In this document: in pieces, positions 54,120-58,027 of the stretch
How positions within the stretch are numbered: the first letter of the stretch is position 1
Layout of the letters: the number at the start of each line of letters is the position of its first letter
Source: a virus
Taxonomy: Duplodnaviria > Caudoviricetes
DNA length: 58,027 nucleotides
IMG/VR virus record: IMGVR_UViG_3300033168_000202
Coordinates: 1-58,027 of that record
Strand: one strand, 5' to 3'
Notes under the pieces: generated by a model
What the model was told of the DNA's origin: nothing
Databases searched by the model: none
What the model saw: only the letters and a program-made list of their open reading frames with translations
Position numbers and translations under genes: made by a program

Positions 54120-55046
54120 ATGCCACTGCCTCCTTTTCCGATCCCCGACGACGTGCGCGAGTGGGTACGCTCGGTCTTTTCTTCATGCAATGCGCGAGTT
54201 ACCGGAAAGTTGGATCGGCTTCCAACGACCCACGAGACGTCGCTCGACCTGTCGCTCATTGAAGCGCTCTCTCAGATTTCGGCACCGGTTCGAACGCCGT
54301 CCGGGCATCTCGTCAGGATTGATGTTCACTTCCTTGGAGGAGGCAGACATTTTGGTACTTGGGAAGTAGCAGATATCGGCGCCCTGCTCATCTACCGAAG
54401 CGGAACCGAAGTTGTTCGCACAAAGGTGGCCCTTCTACAGTCGAAGCGGCTTTATCCAGTTGAGCAGGCCTTCGAAGAGGACTCACCCCTGACTTACGCG
54501 ACGGGCTTCGGCCGGCTAAATACCAGCGATGAAGAATTTCTCCGCGTCACAACACAACGCAAGTTCTCATTCCTTAGGCGAGGCCTCTACGCCGCGACCG
54601 CCATTGGTGACCCGCAGTGGCGCGCCATTGAGGGGTACGAGCAACGCTATGCGATCCCCGTCTATTACAACCTTTACCACCCGTCAGCTGTGCCGTCTCA
54701 CGCGTACCTACCCGCGAATAGCGCGGCCGCCCGCGCACACAGCACGGTAGGTATTGGCTGTCGAGTGATCCCAGCCACTCGGCTTAGATCCGCACTCGCA
54801 CACAAGGCGGTCGGATCCGTTCCATCGTTCAGCGACTTGCACAAGAGCCCGCGCTGTCGTCTAGGTCTGGATGCTGCGGGCCCTGGCTGGCGACTCGAGA
54901 ACTTCTTCGCCGACGAGCTTCTACAATGTAGTACGGGATACATTGCAGGATCTGCGACGGACCCTGGTCTTACGGCGGTGTTCACGCAGCGAGGGGCGCC
55001 CATTGCGGCGGCCATCGCAATAACCGTCGCGGCGCCGGAAGGTTGA
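54120..55046 (+). CDS. Hypothetical protein, putative PD-(D/E)XK-fold nuclease
   Basis: HETSLD..EVADIG..LLQSKRL; lower GC than flanks. Confidence 0.6.
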   Translation: MPLPPFPIPDDVREWVRSVFSSCNARVTGKLDRLPTTHETSLDLSLIEALSQISAPVRTPSGHLVRIDVHFLGGGRHFGTWEVADIGALLIYRSGTEVVRTKVALLQSKRLYPVEQAFEEDSPLTYATGFGRLNTSDEEFLRVTTQRKFSFLRRGLYAATAIGDPQWRAIEGYEQRYAIPVYYNLYHPSAVPSHAYLPANSAAARAHSTVGIGCRVIPATRLRSALAHKAVGSVPSFSDLHKSPRCRLGLDAAGPGWRLENFFADELLQCSTGYIAGSATDPGLTAVFTQRGAPIAAAIAITVAAPEG

Positions 55047-55067
55047 AGAGCGGCCAACCCGCAGTCC

Positions 55068-55355
55068 CTACTGAACGAGGAGTGGCCGTGACGTACGTCG
55101 TGTTCGCTTGGGCAAGGGCTTCGGACAGGCGACAGGCTCTGGAGCCCGCGTCGGCGCAGCCGCCGCGGCGACGATTTGGCGTAGATCGTCCTCACTGAAC
55201 CGGAGGGCCCGTCCCAGGCGGCGGCATGGAACTTTGCCCTCTCGGGCCCAGCACCTCAACGTGCTCTCGCGCACCCGCAGACGGGCGGCCGCGACGTCCG
55301 CCGTGAGGAGCGTGGCTACCGGCGCAGGCTCCGGGCTTCCATTGTTTACGCGCAT
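55068..55355 (-). CDS. Excisionase-like HTH protein
   Basis: LLTADVAAARLRVRESTLRCWAREGKVPCRRLGRALRF. Confidence 0.8.
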   Translation of the reverse strand: MRVNNGSPEPAPVATLLTADVAAARLRVRESTLRCWAREGKVPCRRLGRALRFSEDDLRQIVAAAAAPTRAPEPVACPKPLPKRTRRTSRPLLVQ

Positions 55356-56137
55356 CGTCTCTCCAGACGACCCCACCACCGCGCTTCCACCGCCGACTTC
55401 GCGGCAGAGCCTGCCAACCACTGGTCCCCGAGAGTCCGGTAGCCGCGACCGCCGAATCGCCAGGTCGCGATGTGAACCACCTGCTCTTCGTTCACCTGGT
55501 CCTCGTCAACACGGTGCCACTGCTGCCGTGCCTCGCGCAGCGCCTCTTCAGCTTCCGACAGCAACGCCCGTGCCTGATCAGGGTCCAGGTAGCTCCCCTG
55601 GAAAGGCTGCTGCTCACTGCGCGGTGGCAACACCAGCTCGCACACGTTGCGCGAATCCAGGTCGTCCCGCACCGCTTGGGAGAGAACGGATCGCAGAATC
55701 GCATGCAAGTAGCGCACCGAGCGCGTTGACAGCGGGCGCCCCCGAACGCTCGTCTGCGTGCTCTTCGCGCGAAGAAAGGACCGAACATCCATCGCCGACA
55801 ACCGGTCCAGGCGAATGTGCCCCAGCTCCAGGGCGATGTGACGATGCACCATGTCCGTATCCGATGCTGCTGTGGCCGGCTTGCGGTCCTGCTCGATCAC
55901 CTCGGACAGCCAGTGCTCGAGGTAATCGCCTAGACGGCGCGAGTCGTCGACCACCGGGCGGCCGGACGACCTCGCTTGGTTCATCGCCGCCAACTTCTCG
56001 GCGACCTGCCGGCGAGTCTTGCCGTACACCACTTTGCGGCGTCGCTTACCCCCGGCGTAGCCCAGGTCGACGCTCGCACACCAGACGCCGTCAGCCGGTC
56101 GATAGATGCCGCCCTCGCCGTTGCCCCGCTTCCCCAT
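55346..56137 (-). pseudogene. Truncated tyrosine integrase (catalytic domain missing)
   Basis: MGKRGNGEGGIY N-term and SAM-like domain; similarity ends near LDPDQARALL; no R/HxxR/Y motifs. Confidence 0.85.
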
Positions 56138-56148
56138 GCGAACTCCTT

Positions 56149-56328
56149 CTATGAGACAGGGCGACGCTGGGCGGCGACGAAAGCGACCAGTGCGTCCGTG
56201 GGGATCCGCCGGCTCGCGCCGATCAGGACGGAGTCGAGCTGTCCACCGCGGAGCAGTTCGTAGACCTTGCTGAGGCCGATGCTCAGCGCACGCGCAGCGT
56301 CCTCAGGCGTCAGCAGCAACTTGTCCAT
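56149..56328 (-). CDS. xis: Excisionase (59 aa, absent from ORF track)
   Basis: MDKLLLTPEDAARALSIGLSKVYELLRGGQLDSVLIGASRRIP; GGAGG RBS. Confidence 0.88.
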   Translation of the reverse strand: MDKLLLTPEDAARALSIGLSKVYELLRGGQLDSVLIGASRRIPTDALVAFVAAQRRPVS

Positions 56329-58027
56329 CGCGTCCTCCAGTCAGCCGGTCGTGCCGCGCACGGCGCTCAAGCCTTGAGTCGTCGGTGAGGCGGAAGCGCA
56401 CCCGGGCCGGCGGCAGGCTGCCGTAGACCAGCACGCCGGACCCCAGCGGTAGCTGGCGCAGCACGTCTGCGGGAGCCAGGCGCTCGCGCTGTTGGGTGCG
56501 CGACGTGGACTGTCCCCCGCCGGCCTGGTCGGTCACAGACACCCGGTCGACGTCGGCGTCACCCAGCAGCTTCGACAGGTAGTCCAGAGTGCCGAGGTCG
56601 GTGATGCCTGACAGGGCGAGTTTGCCGCGGTGGTTGTTGACGACGGTCGAGGCAAGCCGGCCGTAGCGGTCGGTCAGCTGCGCGAGGTCCTGCCAAACCG
56701 AGACGACTTGGATGCCTTGGCCGCGCCCGGTTGATGCGATTGACGGCAGGTCCCGCAGGGGTGCGACGTTGCCGGCCTCGTCGAGCAGTAGCAGCAGACC
56801 CGGGTTGCACGGCTGGCCGGCCTGGGCGCGGTTCTGCGTCTCGCGTACCACGGACATGACGAGGGCCTCGAACAGCGGCCGTAGCCGGTCTTGCGCATGC
56901 GTTGGGGTCACCAGGTACAAGGTGCCGTCGCCGTCGAGTAGGGCTGCCGGGTCGATTTCGCAGCTCTCGGCTGAGGCTGCCACGTCGGGGTCGGTGTAGC
57001 AGTCCAGCACCGCTTCGGCAGTGGCGTAGACGCTGCCGAGGGTGTCACCTGGCCTCTTGCGGCTCGCGATGAAAGCGTTCGTAGCCTCGAGGACCCCCAG
57101 CTCCTCGAGAAGTCCAGTGACTTCGGTGTCTTCTTGGGTGTCGATCCACCTGACCACGTCGCTCATGCCCAGACCGGTAGCGCCGGCTGCGAACAGCAGC
57201 GGGGCCAGCAGCTTTCGCGCCAGCGGGGTCCAGAACCGTTCATGTGAACCGTCGCCGCCGTTGCTCGCGCCGGCAGCTGCGGTCAGCCAGCCCGCCATCT
57301 GCGAGGCGCCGGTCCACGTCGTGCAGGACGCCAGCGGAGACCAGGTCGAGCACGGCCGGCCGGTGGAGCGGGTGGGATCGTAGACATAGACCGCGCCGAT
57401 CTCGTTGCGGGCGCGTTCGGTCGCGTCCAGCACGTCGGGTTTCACGCTGGTGACGACCGCCGGCCCGGTCCATCCCTCGAGTGTCGGGATCACCACCGAG
57501 ACTGTTTTTCCTGACCCGGTGGGGCCAAGGACCACCACGCTGTGCCGCGGTTCGGCGGCCAGCTGCTGACCGCTGGCATCGGCTCGGCCGAGACCGATCC
57601 GACCCGGCCGGGTCGCCGGGTCCTCGTCGACGATCAGGGGCCGCAGGTCCCGCTTCGTCGCCCACCGGGCCCGGCCAGCGGGCTGCTGGGGGTGACGGGA
57701 GTAGCGCACGGCAACCGCGACAGCCACGGCGACAATCAAGGCGAGCAGGACACTCGCGATGGCGTAGAAAGCAACCGGACCCGGCAGACCGGCCTGCACT
57801 CCTGCCGGCCAGGCACGACGCGGGTCGGCAATGTTCGCCGGCAGGCGACGCAGCACCTGGCCCGACTGTCCCACCCCTCCAGCGGGCCAGCCGGCGCCCA
57901 GCAGCAACCCCGCCAGGCCGGCGTTGAGCCAGACGAAGCCAGCGGCAGCCATCACCGCCGCGATGACGACCAGCGGCCACCACGACGCCCTACCCGGCAC
58001 GCTGACCCGGGCCTGCCCGCTGCTCAC
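56303..58027 (-). CDS. virD4: Type IV coupling protein, VirD4/TraG family
   Basis: N-term TM helices, ARWA, GPTGSGKT, LLLDEAGN, QDLAQL..YG. Confidence 0.93.
   Translation of the reverse strand: MSSGQARVSVPGRASWWPLVVIAAVMAAAGFVWLNAGLAGLLLGAGWPAGGVGQSGQVLRRLPANIADPRRAWPAGVQAGLPGPVAFYAIASVLLALIVAVAVAVAVRYSRHPQQPAGRARWATKRDLRPLIVDEDPATRPGRIGLGRADASGQQLAAEPRHSVVVLGPTGSGKTVSVVIPTLEGWTGPAVVTSVKPDVLDATERARNEIGAVYVYDPTRSTGRPCSTWSPLASCTTWTGASQMAGWLTAAAGASNGGDGSHERFWTPLARKLLAPLLFAAGATGLGMSDVVRWIDTQEDTEVTGLLEELGVLEATNAFIASRKRPGDTLGSVYATAEAVLDCYTDPDVAASAESCEIDPAALLDGDGTLYLVTPTHAQDRLRPLFEALVMSVVRETQNRAQAGQPCNPGLLLLLDEAGNVAPLRDLPSIASTGRGQGIQVVSVWQDLAQLTDRYGRLASTVVNNHRGKLALSGITDLGTLDYLSKLLGDADVDRVSVTDQAGGGQSTSRTQQRERLAPADVLRQLPLGSGVLVYGSLPPARVRFRLTDDSRLERRARHDRLTGGRDGQVAADA

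Noticed and set aside
487-56154. Long overlapping ORFs (e.g. 487-1443, 6931-7872, 25035-26123, 43443-44525, 49548-50813, 55108-56154)
   Set aside because: Shadow frames of real genes in high-GC DNA; no motifs or RBS

Overview
High-GC actinobacterial DNA. Positions 1-52725 are an apparently complete temperate siphovirus prophage. Its modules are a tyrosine integrase, an ImmA/ImmR-type immunity switch, a RecE/RecT recombination pair, a RuvC-like resolvase, two DNA methyltransferases, a replication initiator plus helicase, and packaging, head, tail and lysis genes. Its right end is a duplicated 3' end of tRNA-His (52703-52725), and matching TGTGGGGACG arm repeats lie at both ends. A second integrase element with one nuclease-like cargo gene follows, then the end of a decayed conjugative element (truncated integrase, excisionases, VirD4). 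Highlights: (1) a five-copy late-promoter architecture in which GTAAGAC starts exactly 48 bp before a KANNNT -10 hexamer; (2) a large terminase split into ATPase and nuclease genes 1.9 kb apart, with only the nuclease half behind one of these promoters; (3) a DUF3263-lipobox-Excalibur fusion in the immunity operon; (4) a glycosyltransferase and SAM methyltransferase among the virion genes, and a repeat-flanked GH26 cassette next to a CBM gene in the tail module. All calls are from motif recognition by eye; no searches were run.
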